Shown here: positions 38,067-47,098 of the stretch, in pieces
Position numbering within the stretch: the stretch's first letter is position 1
How the letters are laid out: each line of letters starts with the position of its first letter
Virus record (IMG/VR): IMGVR_UViG_3300031578_000002
Coordinates: 1 to 60,289 of that record
Direction: 5' to 3' (one strand)
Length of the DNA stretch: 60,289 nt
Origin: a virus
The notes under the pieces: model-generated
The model's database searches: none
What the model was told of the DNA's origin: nothing
What the model saw: the letters and a program-made list of their open reading frames with translations, nothing else
Position numbers and translations under genes: made by a program

Positions 38067-38905
38067 CTTTTTATTGCCTCATAATATTCTACTAATGAAT
38101 AATGTTCTGGAAACATTTTTTTTATTTTTTCTTTTACCAAATTAACATATTTTAATTCATATTTAGTATTAAACCATAAATGTGTATATTTTTTATTGTT
38201 TGCAACAAAATTATTTCCATGCCGTAAAATTTCATCATAAGGTAAAACATCAAACACTTTTAAATTTTTTTTTAATATCAAATAATAAAATGTTAACTCT
38301 TCAAGTATCATACTAATTACATTTGCATTTATTAATTGATTATTCTCATAGCCATATGTCATTTTTTTTACCATTTCAATATATTCACTCCTATATTCAT
38401 TTCTAATTCCAACAGTACCACAACTAGTACACCTACCATCATAAATATCTGGATTTATTATGCTATTTTTAATTAAGAATTCTTTATTGCTTGACGTAAA
38501 ATCACTAATAAAATTATGCTCTTTTGGTAAGATGTCTTGAACAATTACATCAAAACTATTTTCATGATAAAATTTGTTGAAAACGTCATCAAAAACAAAA
38601 ACATCGGAATCAACATGAATTACATCATCATCAGTTTGGGCGATACTATCAACCTTATATAGATTCCAGCAATTAAATTTATTTTTATTTTCAATAATTT
38701 TTATTTCATCATATGGTATATATTTTATCATACTTTCATACGCCTTTTGATTACAAAACATTGTTACGTGTCCATAAAATTTTTTTAATGTTAAAAAACT
38801 TAACAAAAAACTATAAAAACTTAAATAAATTTTATTTCTATCAACACTATTATTTAAATAACTGCTGCCTTCATCATATTCAGCAAATGATTGTATTATT
38901 TTCAT
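38063..38905 (-). CDS. putative GT-A-fold glycosyltransferase/nucleotide-sugar transferase
   Basis: W..YK...I......IHVDSDVF (DxD), ILEE, YTHLW. Confidence 0.6.
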   Translation of the reverse strand: MKIIQSFAEYDEGSSYLNNSVDRNKIYLSFYSFLLSFLTLKKFYGHVTMFCNQKAYESMIKYIPYDEIKIIENKNKFNCWNLYKVDSIAQTDDDVIHVDSDVFVFDDVFNKFYHENSFDVIVQDILPKEHNFISDFTSSNKEFLIKNSIINPDIYDGRCTSCGTVGIRNEYRSEYIEMVKKMTYGYENNQLINANVISMILEELTFYYLILKKNLKVFDVLPYDEILRHGNNFVANNKKYTHLWFNTKYELKYVNLVKEKIKKMFPEHYSLVEYYEAIKR

Positions 38906-38914
38906 AAAAATCTT

Positions 38915-39148
38915 TTAATATAAATTACCTAATCCAAGTGGTATTGCATCATTGCCATAATAACCATAATAATATATTTGCTCAACATATACATCTAAAA
39001 AGCCTATTTCATGAGTGTCTTGGGTTAGACAAAACTTAATATAATATTCTTTTGTTAAATCGGGAATTATAACACAACAATTCTCAGTACACCCTGTTGT
39101 TGTACCAGTTGTTATTGCTTGAAAAATTGTTTTTTTTATAATTTCCAT
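38915..39148 (-). CDS. small structural-cluster protein
   Basis: Coupled to the baseplate wedge gene. Confidence 0.6.
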   Translation of the reverse strand: MEIIKKTIFQAITTGTTTGCTENCCVIIPDLTKEYYIKFCLTQDTHEIGFLDVYVEQIYYYGYYGNDAIPLGLGNLY

Positions 39149-40983
39149 TAGTTGGTCTTCTTTCTTAACAATACTTTTATATCCTTTTCAGGAAATTTTA
39201 TTTCAAACATCGAATCATTATTTGAATATATTGTGTTATTTGTAAGTACAATCTGACCCGTCGTTGCATTTGAAATTGTTTGCGATATCATATTGTTTGA
39301 ATATACATCGCCAACCTTATTATATGCGGTGATGTCAATAACATTAATTACTCCATTCACTTGAAGGATTTCTGTTTGCAATCTACCTAAAAACACATCT
39401 TCATTCATTTCATGACTATTAATATCGAAATAGTTTTTAACCACAGTAATTACGCTATTAGCAATTTGATTATCTGTTATATTTTCAACATATATATCAA
39501 TATCAAAAGCTAAATTATAAATTCTGCCATCTCTAATTTCAATATAATCATTAATCATTCGATATTGTGATAAATATTCAGCAATATTTTCTTTTAATAG
39601 AGAATTACTAGTGTTAGCCAATTTTCCATCAGAGCCAATATCAAGTATTGAAATCATTACTTTATTGTTTAGTTTGAACGCATTCGCACGAAAAGGTGAC
39701 CCGAACTTACCCGGCATTTTATATACCTGTAATATATAATCAGTTAATGTCACATCTCTAAATTGACTTGAAAAATTATATTTAATTAATTGTCTAATTT
39801 GTTCAATACCTAGTCCATCATTACCACCAATCGCTGGTATTGGATTTGTAACCTTAAAACTTCTTTGAACTGCCTGATTAAAATTTTGTTGTGAGCCATT
39901 AACACTAAGCTTATATGATCCTAGTTTAGTTAACACATCAGCACCAATATTTGAGCTGCTACCACCACCGGTACGATAACTAATAAACAGTGTATGATTT
40001 GCTTTTAATTTTTCACCTAATGCAGTATTATTTAAAAAATTCTCTAGGAAATAACGATTACTAACACCTTCTTTAAGAAAACCACTTTGAAAGGCATTAA
40101 TATCTGAATCACCAGACCCAAAAGTTAATTTGCAATATCCTTTTGGTGTGAACTCTTTAATAAATTTTTTCGTAATATCTATCCATATCGCAGATTTTAA
40201 TCCCTGTGTATTTGTATTTTGTGCTGAACTAGATGTGTTTTCAACAAAAATTCTTTGTTGAGCTAGATAATCTACTTCATAAAATCTGTCATTATCGGTA
40301 AATTCGGGCGTAACTGCATAATTAGTGCCTTCCATTAAATATACTCCCTCAATTTCAATTACATCTGGATCAGGTAATGTAATTGAGAAGAAAGGGATTA
40401 CATCCGCAGCATTAATAATCCTCTTAAATATGCTTGTACTGCCGTTTAATACTACCTCTCTTTTTGTTACAGTATAACTTACCTCAATACCATTAGCATC
40501 TAAATTCGGTATCAATTTTCGATTAGGATCACCCAAATTACTATTTGGCGAACTCCAATCAATACTATTTTGTGTCTCAAAAATTTTTCCTCCGCCAACG
40601 ATTTGTGCACCAGCATCTAATACCGGATAATATGATGGATCGGGCTTATTACCTAAAACAGGTACTATTACCGTAAAATCAACCACAGTAACCGAAGGTC
40701 TTCTTGCGGGAATATTAAATCCCATATTTTTTGCAATATTTAATATCGATGATTTAACTTGGGCATATTCTAATTGCGTTTCTTGAAATACTCTATCAGT
40801 ATTGATCGCAATATTATTAGTAACCCCCGCATTAATATCAATCAACATTGCCCCAACTGTTGAATCAGTAAAATCATTTAATACTTCTGGATATGCTTGC
40901 TTTATATATGCAACTAAGTCTTGTCTTATTTCTCCGAAAGTTCTACTTCCATACTGAATTATATTTGTTATATTTGTTGTCAT
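39148..40983 (-). CDS. baseplate wedge protein (T4 gp6 / baseplate J-like)
   Basis: R.F..IR..L...I...YP...DF, A...G, YRTGGG..SN, N...A.GG, Q.R.VT..DY. Confidence 0.85.
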   Translation of the reverse strand: MTTNITNIIQYGSRTFGEIRQDLVAYIKQAYPEVLNDFTDSTVGAMLIDINAGVTNNIAINTDRVFQETQLEYAQVKSSILNIAKNMGFNIPARRPSVTVVDFTVIVPVLGNKPDPSYYPVLDAGAQIVGGGKIFETQNSIDWSSPNSNLGDPNRKLIPNLDANGIEVSYTVTKREVVLNGSTSIFKRIINAADVIPFFSITLPDPDVIEIEGVYLMEGTNYAVTPEFTDNDRFYEVDYLAQQRIFVENTSSSAQNTNTQGLKSAIWIDITKKFIKEFTPKGYCKLTFGSGDSDINAFQSGFLKEGVSNRYFLENFLNNTALGEKLKANHTLFISYRTGGGSSSNIGADVLTKLGSYKLSVNGSQQNFNQAVQRSFKVTNPIPAIGGNDGLGIEQIRQLIKYNFSSQFRDVTLTDYILQVYKMPGKFGSPFRANAFKLNNKVMISILDIGSDGKLANTSNSLLKENIAEYLSQYRMINDYIEIRDGRIYNLAFDIDIYVENITDNQIANSVITVVKNYFDINSHEMNEDVFLGRLQTEILQVNGVINVIDITAYNKVGDVYSNNMISQTISNATTGQIVLTNNTIYSNNDSMFEIKFPEKDIKVLLRKKTN

Positions 40984-40993
40984 AATTTTCTAT

Positions 40994-41392
40994 TTAAAAA
41001 TTTAAATTAATTTCATTTTGTTCATTTAAATATCCTTCAGAATATGTGAATTTAATATTAACATTTAATTGATTATCAGATATTTGATTTCCCATTTCAT
41101 CAAAATTCCAATTAAATGTAACAGAATTGATTTTAAGCTCAGGAATATATTTTAATACGGTATTCTTTATTTCTTCTTCGACTTGATTAGATGTTAGATT
41201 ATCATTTGGTTCGAAAATATATTTTAATAGATTTGTACCATAGTCTGGCTCATAATATCTTTCACCAATTTGCGTTACTAATAATAACAATAAACTTGAT
41301 GAATATGAATCTTTAGTTATTTGATTCATTAAAAAGAAACCATTTGTTGAGTTATCATCTTTAAATGGATAATTGATAGTTTGTGAAGCCAT
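40994..41392 (-). CDS. gp25/GPW-like baseplate protein
   Basis: LL.T..GER...PDYGT.L..YIFEP; start MASQTI set by the late motif at 41408-41416. Confidence 0.85.
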   Translation of the reverse strand: MASQTINYPFKDDNSTNGFFLMNQITKDSYSSSLLLLLVTQIGERYYEPDYGTNLLKYIFEPNDNLTSNQVEEEIKNTVLKYIPELKINSVTFNWNFDEMGNQISDNQLNVNIKFTYSEGYLNEQNEINLNF

Positions 41393-41427
41393 TGTGATTA
41401 ATTTTAATATAAATACTAATAAACAAA

Positions 41428-41453
41428 AAAATCCTAACAACTTGTTAGGATTT
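41428..41453 (-). terminator. intrinsic terminator
   Basis: AAATCCTAACAA-c-TTGTTAGGATTT. Confidence 0.65.
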
Positions 41454-41475
41454 CATTTAAATGTAATTATATCAG

Positions 41476-41940
41476 TTACTGTTTTGGTTTTCTACCACGC
41501 TTACCTTTTCTTTCGGATTTCTCTTGTTCTTCTTTTTGTTTTTCTGAATCATAAAGACTTTTAACTGATTCTTTTAATCTAATAATCGGATCATGTCCAT
41601 ACTTTTGTAGTACACCTGTATGTGTATTAAAATTTGGTTTTTCTAATGAAAGTGCATCACTATCACTTATCCCAACACCTGCAAGACATTCATCAATTGC
41701 CATTATTTGCATATCTTCAGGAAGTTGCGTAAAGATTTTTTCGTTAAAAACCACCGCAAAATTAACACCTTCGGTTAATGTTTCAATAAGATCGTTTGTT
41801 TTGAAAATCTTACAAGGATCACCCTTTTGTTTGTTATTACATAATACTCGGAATTCAACCCAATGGGGAATTGATGTATTATTTCTTACTTCATCAAATA
41901 ATTTTTCAACATCTTCCGATGCTTGTTCAAATTTAGCCAT
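41476..41940 (-). CDS. phage metallopeptidase-like protein, HExxH degenerate
   Basis: F..L...Q..AIDECL.....KP.F....VLQKYG. Confidence 0.5.
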   Translation of the reverse strand: MAKFEQASEDVEKLFDEVRNNTSIPHWVEFRVLCNNKQKGDPCKIFKTNDLIETLTEGVNFAVVFNEKIFTQLPEDMQIMAIDECLAGVGISDSDALSLEKPNFNTHTGVLQKYGHDPIIRLKESVKSLYDSEKQKEEQEKSERKGKRGRKPKQ

Positions 41941-41951
41941 AAATATTTATT

Positions 41952-42389
41952 TTAGTTATTAGTAAAAGTTTCATAAGTAGATTTAATCGTATCGATCTTT
42001 TTTTGTAGTTCAGAAATCATTGGGTCGTTGTTATTTAATTCGTCGCCAAATTTTTCTGTTAATTCATTAACAAATATGAACATATCTGATATTGATAATC
42101 TTATCATTTCCTCAATATCAATTATTATTGCTAATTGCTTGTTAATTAATTCTTGTTTTTTTATTGTTTTCATTTTTTCTTCATATTGTGAATTAATTCT
42201 TAATGCCTCTTCTTCAGAGACAGCTTGTGATGCAAGCAATTCTTTTGCTTTTTCACCATCCTTCTCACTAAAACCTTTTGCATTATCAGCAAGCTTACTA
42301 ATCTCAACAATTTTTTTTGCTGCATCAGAATTAAACTCACCTGAATCAACAGCATTTTTAAGATTTTCTAAAAAATTTGAATTACTCAT
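41952..42389 (-). CDS. hypothetical helical protein
   Basis: ORF. Confidence 0.7.
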   Translation of the reverse strand: MSNSNFLENLKNAVDSGEFNSDAAKKIVEISKLADNAKGFSEKDGEKAKELLASQAVSEEEALRINSQYEEKMKTIKKQELINKQLAIIIDIEEMIRLSISDMFIFVNELTEKFGDELNNNDPMISELQKKIDTIKSTYETFTNN

Positions 42390-42399
42390 AGTATTAATT

Positions 42400-43314
42400 T
42401 TATTTTAAATTCACAGTTTCCATTTCAATTCCATCGAATTTCCAAACTTCATGTGTATCATTATGTCTTATTTTTTTTAAAAAATTATGTATAGAAAAAC
42501 CCATTAGTTCGCCATATTCATTTCGCACAAATATACTCTTAATATTTATAATATCATTAAAAATCTCAGAATTTTCTTCAATATTTATTGTATTAAATTT
42601 TAATGGTATAAAAAATTCAAATTGTCTAAACTCAAACCCTATTTTTTTAACATGTAAATATTCTGTTAACTGTTCAATTTTATTAACAACATTCTCATCC
42701 TCACGATATGCTTTAATTGGAAAATCGAATTGTTTGGATTTTCTAAACATATCCAACACCTCATATTCGAAATCAGCATCATCTTTTTGTGTTTTTTCAA
42801 CAACATCCATAATATTTACTAATCCCACTTCAATTGGCTTGTTATTGAATATATACAAAATTTCATAATCATCATCTTTTGTTCGTCTATCTTCAAACTC
42901 TTGGGCTAGAACTTCACCCAAGGTTTTTCCAACATTCTTATGTTTTTCATCAAAAAATCCATAATGCTCAAATCTTCTACCATATTGATCTTTCATGCCA
43001 TAACTTGTGCCATACTTATCAGCAGCAACTGCCATTTTATGCGATGTTGAGGTTTTCATGAACTTGTCACTCTTTTTCAATAGCGCATAATAGTCTTGAA
43101 CATAACGCTCATCACGTTGGCCTGCATAGAATTTTTCAAGTAAGCGATTACGACTTCGCATCCTCTGTGTATGATTATTTCTTTCATCTAAATCACTAGG
43201 ATTGGCTTTGAGTATATTGATTTCAGTCTCGTATAAAGCCATTCCAATATTAATTAGTAGACTATGAATTTTAATATATACCCACAGAACTATATTCTGG
43301 AAGAATCTTTTCAT
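42400..43314 (-). CDS. hypothetical protein
   Basis: ORF. Confidence 0.7.
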   Translation of the reverse strand: MKRFFQNIVLWVYIKIHSLLINIGMALYETEINILKANPSDLDERNNHTQRMRSRNRLLEKFYAGQRDERYVQDYYALLKKSDKFMKTSTSHKMAVAADKYGTSYGMKDQYGRRFEHYGFFDEKHKNVGKTLGEVLAQEFEDRRTKDDDYEILYIFNNKPIEVGLVNIMDVVEKTQKDDADFEYEVLDMFRKSKQFDFPIKAYREDENVVNKIEQLTEYLHVKKIGFEFRQFEFFIPLKFNTINIEENSEIFNDIINIKSIFVRNEYGELMGFSIHNFLKKIRHNDTHEVWKFDGIEMETVNLK

Positions 43315-43354
43315 TATTCAATTTCCTTAATAAACTTTTTCATAATTTTGGAAT

Positions 43355-44737
43355 TTATTTAACTTCTAATGTTTTTGCAATTACTGATTTATAAAATTCC
43401 ACACGTTTTTTTGTTACATGCTCAAGATTGTGTGTTTCTTTAAAATCATCATATAATTGCTCGCCAAGTTTTTTTCTTAAATCAGCATCTAGAATTAATT
43501 TTTTTAATGCTTTAATCCAATATTTCTTAGCATTTTTTTCAGCAGGAATTAATATACAATTTTCCATATTTCTTCCATGTACATTATATGGTGGAATATC
43601 TGAACAAACTATTGGTAATTTCCTCGTCCAACATTCAGTTTGTTTTAATTCCGATTTCATGTGATTAAACTCATTATCAGCTAATGGTGCAATAACAATA
43701 TCAGTTTCATCCAATACTTGTGCATAAGTATTTGCCTTTTGTGTCCAACGTCTACCGAAATTTCCTTCATTTGGGTATGATACATTTCTTTCGAAATTCA
43801 TTAACCATTGTAAATAATCAGGATTTGTAATTAGCTTATGATTATCAGTTAATATCTTTTCATATACAAAATAAACACTTTCCTCAGACCTAATATCCCG
43901 TTGCTTTTTATCAAAAATTTTTCCCCTGTACTTATTAAGTAAATCATCGGGCACTTTAGCTATTTTATCAATATCTCCTCTTGAATTATTAATGGCCTTT
44001 ACCATTTCTGCTGTCCACAAACCTCTTTCTTGAAGTTCTTTACCGAATTCCTGATTAAATGTTATATCAGTAGTATTCCCCTCAGTATCCCAACCCGCAA
44101 TAATCACCTTGAATTTATCTTTTAGTTGTATATCATTTGATAATACATTGACAACATGTTCAAGCTGTTGAACATCACCTAAATGCGACGATCCTGCAGC
44201 ATATGTGATTCTAACACGTCCATCTGGATCGGGTTTCCAATTATTTTGAAATTGTTTCATCCATGTCGGATCAACAGAGTTATATAATACTTCAACATTA
44301 TTTTTACCAGTAATTTTATTTATCTCATTAGCAAATAAATCTGTTGTAGTCGTTATATAGTCAGCAATCTTCAAATTTTCGATAATGGGTATATGCAGCC
44401 TTTGCTCTAAACTCATTCCATAAAATGGATGCTCTTTGCTCAGTTTCCAATAGTCATCAATATCCACAATCAATTGTGTTCCTGACTGTCTCAATTCATT
44501 TGCTAATTTCATCATTTGCTTGGTGTCGTTAAGAAACTGACGATGATAATGTATGATGTGAAATGTTTTTAAAAAATCAATTGTTTTTGGATCATTAAAG
44601 TCTAGTTCAGGATTTATCTCAACGTAAAACTCATCCGAATGATTTCGTTCGATTTCCATTGCAGGTGTTAGTGTGCGAAAATATGCAACCCCAGCATGAT
44701 CAATATTATAAAATAAAATTCTTATCTTTCCTTCCAT
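43355..44737 (-). CDS. GT-B (GT4-like) glycosyltransferase
   Basis: GVAYFR...P, DIDDYW, AGSSH..D, DIVIAPL..NEFN..KSELK..E, P.VCSD..PY. Confidence 0.85.
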   Translation of the reverse strand: MEGKIRILFYNIDHAGVAYFRTLTPAMEIERNHSDEFYVEINPELDFNDPKTIDFLKTFHIIHYHRQFLNDTKQMMKLANELRQSGTQLIVDIDDYWKLSKEHPFYGMSLEQRLHIPIIENLKIADYITTTTDLFANEINKITGKNNVEVLYNSVDPTWMKQFQNNWKPDPDGRVRITYAAGSSHLGDVQQLEHVVNVLSNDIQLKDKFKVIIAGWDTEGNTTDITFNQEFGKELQERGLWTAEMVKAINNSRGDIDKIAKVPDDLLNKYRGKIFDKKQRDIRSEESVYFVYEKILTDNHKLITNPDYLQWLMNFERNVSYPNEGNFGRRWTQKANTYAQVLDETDIVIAPLADNEFNHMKSELKQTECWTRKLPIVCSDIPPYNVHGRNMENCILIPAEKNAKKYWIKALKKLILDADLRKKLGEQLYDDFKETHNLEHVTKKRVEFYKSVIAKTLEVK

Positions 44738-44824
44738 ATTCGTATTTATAAATTATTATAGTTTTATGTAATTTATTATAAATACGTAAAAATAAGATAA
44801 AAACTTAAAAAACAAAAGTTTTTT

Positions 44825-44857
44825 AAAAAAAAATGCTAACAAGTTTGTTAGCATTTT
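44825..44857 (-). terminator. intrinsic terminator
   Basis: AAAATGCTAACAA-gt-TTGTTAGCATTTT. Confidence 0.65.
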
Positions 44858-44881
44858 AATTACATTAGTTTAATAATTTCT

Positions 44882-45250
44882 TTAGTTAGATATATCATCT
44901 TCTTTCTTACTTTGTTTTTTCCTATTTGTTTGCGTCGATTTTTGTTGTGAACTTTCATTATTGCTCACAATTTTCGTTGGCTTCATTTCAGATTTCATAG
45001 ATTTATTCATGTTCATTGACTTATTAAGTTCAGCTATACTAACCTCAACAACAGTAATTAATTTCTTAACCCTTAGTCTATGCACTGACAAAGGTAATGA
45101 CTGCACCGATAAATACACAGATTCACCAGCATTAATTTTTAATATTTTTTTTGTTAAATTATCGACATACTCAACATCAATTGTTGAATTATAATAATTG
45201 TCACGTTTTGCTGCAAGATTTGTAATGTTTGTTATTTTATATGTATTCAT
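44882..45250 (-). CDS. hypothetical protein with basic tail
   Basis: Start MNTYKI. Confidence 0.65.
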   Translation of the reverse strand: MNTYKITNITNLAAKRDNYYNSTIDVEYVDNLTKKILKINAGESVYLSVQSLPLSVHRLRVKKLITVVEVSIAELNKSMNMNKSMKSEMKPTKIVSNNESSQQKSTQTNRKKQSKKEDDISN

Positions 45251-45261
45251 AATTTTAAATA

Positions 45262-46089
45262 TTATTTTAACCCCCAAATTATTTTATCAAATTTTATTCC
45301 ATCATACCCCATTTCTTTAGCTTTATGTGCAATAGCCTTATGTTTTAAGTTATCAGAATCAATGTCATACTTTTCAGCTAATTTTTCAAAGTTAACGTGC
45401 GGAAACCAAATCTTAGATAAAATATCTATGGGGTTTTGGCTATCTTTATATGCAATGCCTGTTGCTTGAGTATCAAATAAGTTTTCTAGGTCTATTTGAT
45501 ATTTATCAAAACCTTCAATTGGGTTTAACGAAAAGAAATTTCCAATAACAGAATTATTCTTTATTGGTTCCTTTCTATAACCAATAATTGTTTGAGGATT
45601 TGTACTTGATACTTCTTTTTGAACTTCATTATTATCTTCTTCCAATGAATTTAGAAACTGGTTTTCATCATCGCCATACTGATTTATTGTGTCTTGAGTT
45701 TCTACTTCTTCAATGTTTTGAGATTGCTCATACTCATAAATATCCTGTATTTTATTTAGAACCCTGCAAGCATCATTGAAATTTAGATTAATTTTAACTG
45801 CTTTAATTGGGCTATTATTTTGTAATCCTAATGCATATCTATGATGTCCGTCACAAATATCAATCTTTTCATTATCGTTTGAAAGCCAAATTGGATTCAT
45901 GTCATTAGCATCAATATTTTCGATTTCATGTGAAAATACATAATTTTGAGATAAATTAATGTTATCATCCTCACTAGGGTTTAACTCAACCAGATTATAA
46001 TCAATCCCTTCATTATCTAGTTTATTCAGAACGATTGTATATGGCGCACTTACTTGTGGTAAATAATATGGTTTTCCTTCTTTTAACAC
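45262..46089 (-). CDS. ParB/Srx-like N-terminal domain plus ART-like C-terminal domain
   Basis: PIWLS....ICDGHHRY; IIGYR...GNFFSL...AKEMGYDGIKF. Confidence 0.6.
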   Translation of the reverse strand: MLKEGKPYYLPQVSAPYTIVLNKLDNEGIDYNLVELNPSEDDNINLSQNYVFSHEIENIDANDMNPIWLSNDNEKIDICDGHHRYALGLQNNSPIKAVKINLNFNDACRVLNKIQDIYEYEQSQNIEEVETQDTINQYGDDENQFLNSLEEDNNEVQKEVSSTNPQTIIGYRKEPIKNNSVIGNFFSLNPIEGFDKYQIDLENLFDTQATGIAYKDSQNPIDILSKIWFPHVNFEKLAEKYDIDSDNLKHKAIAHKAKEMGYDGIKFDKIIWGLK

Positions 46090-46113
46090 GATGTTTTATT
46101 TTTAATATAAATA

Positions 46114-46671
46114 CTATAAAAATGTTTTTTTAATTTCGTCATTAATTATATTAATAATTCTAGTCTCAGTCAATGAGATTTCATCGTTATTAACCAAGTA
46201 AATATTAAAAACAATGTTATCAGAAATCTGACCTCTAACGCTTTCATATGATTCAATATCACTATCCCTGTCATCATAAACATTTATTTCTTGTAAATCA
46301 GGGAATTCTTTAATATAATCGAGAATTTTTTCTCCTTTAGTCATTTCACTTCGCTTCATATCTAATTTATCAATGCCAATACTATTAACATCTAAAATTT
46401 TTTGAACATATGGACGTAATCTTTCAAGTCTTGATGTTAAAACTATAACATAGCTATTGGGGTTTGATAACTCAGAATTTAATTGATTTAAAACTGTTGG
46501 GAATGCCTTAATATCAAAGACATTTAGGTCTAAACTTTCGGGCTTGCTCCACCAGCCCTTATATGGATATGACTTATCATAGTACATTTCCCACATAGGT
46601 TTACCTTCTTGTGGTTCAGGTGTTTGAAATAAAGTCCCATCAAGATCGAAGGCAACTAACTTTTTTATCAT
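46114..46671 (-). CDS. HAD phosphatase (Swiss-Army-Knife RNA-repair-like)
   Basis: FDLDGTLF.TP, GWW..PESL, LTSR, K, YDDR; host-type promoter at 46683-46713. Confidence 0.85.
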   Translation of the reverse strand: MIKKLVAFDLDGTLFQTPEPQEGKPMWEMYYDKSYPYKGWWSKPESLDLNVFDIKAFPTVLNQLNSELSNPNSYVIVLTSRLERLRPYVQKILDVNSIGIDKLDMKRSEMTKGEKILDYIKEFPDLQEINVYDDRDSDIESYESVRGQISDNIVFNIYLVNNDEISLTETRIINIINDEIKKTFL

Positions 46672-46714
46672 AACATTTTTTTCAAAAATACTGTTTTATA
46701 AATAACAAACAAAT

Positions 46715-47098
46715 TTAATTAAAACTTACCTCAGTAACAATTCCCGTTAACATTAACGGAGTATTAATTTTTTTCCAATTAGTTAGATTATTTGACATCA
46801 TTGGTTTACCACCAGCACTTTTATTTACCGCTAAGGTAATATGGGGTTTGGCGTTTTGACTATAAAATCCTGAAACACCAACTGCCATTACTTTATCATT
46901 TACAGCAATATCATCTACTGTTAGTCTTATTGGCATGCCCAAATATTTTTCATATTCGGGATTAATTTCACCTAAGTTTATTGTCATATGATGTGCAATA
47001 ACAGTCCAACCCTCAGGTATTATTGAGTTAAATTTTTTTATTAATCTTTTTCTTGACCTTTCATCAAGAACCACTGCACTATATGATACGTTACTCAT
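46715..47098 (-). CDS. 2H phosphoesterase (tRNA-ligase CPDase-like)
   Basis: AHHMTI and PHITLAV...G.P..SN. Confidence 0.85.
   Translation of the reverse strand: MSNVSYSAVVLDERSRKRLIKKFNSIIPEGWTVIAHHMTINLGEINPEYEKYLGMPIRLTVDDIAVNDKVMAVGVSGFYSQNAKPHITLAVNKSAGGKPMMSNNLTNWKKINTPLMLTGIVTEVSFN

Noticed and set aside
16947-45277. Longer track starts for ORFs 16947-17222, 40994-41440 and 44882-45277
   Set aside because: The extensions run through promoter motifs, terminators or upstream genes; downstream ATGs at 17153, 41392 and 45250 fit better.
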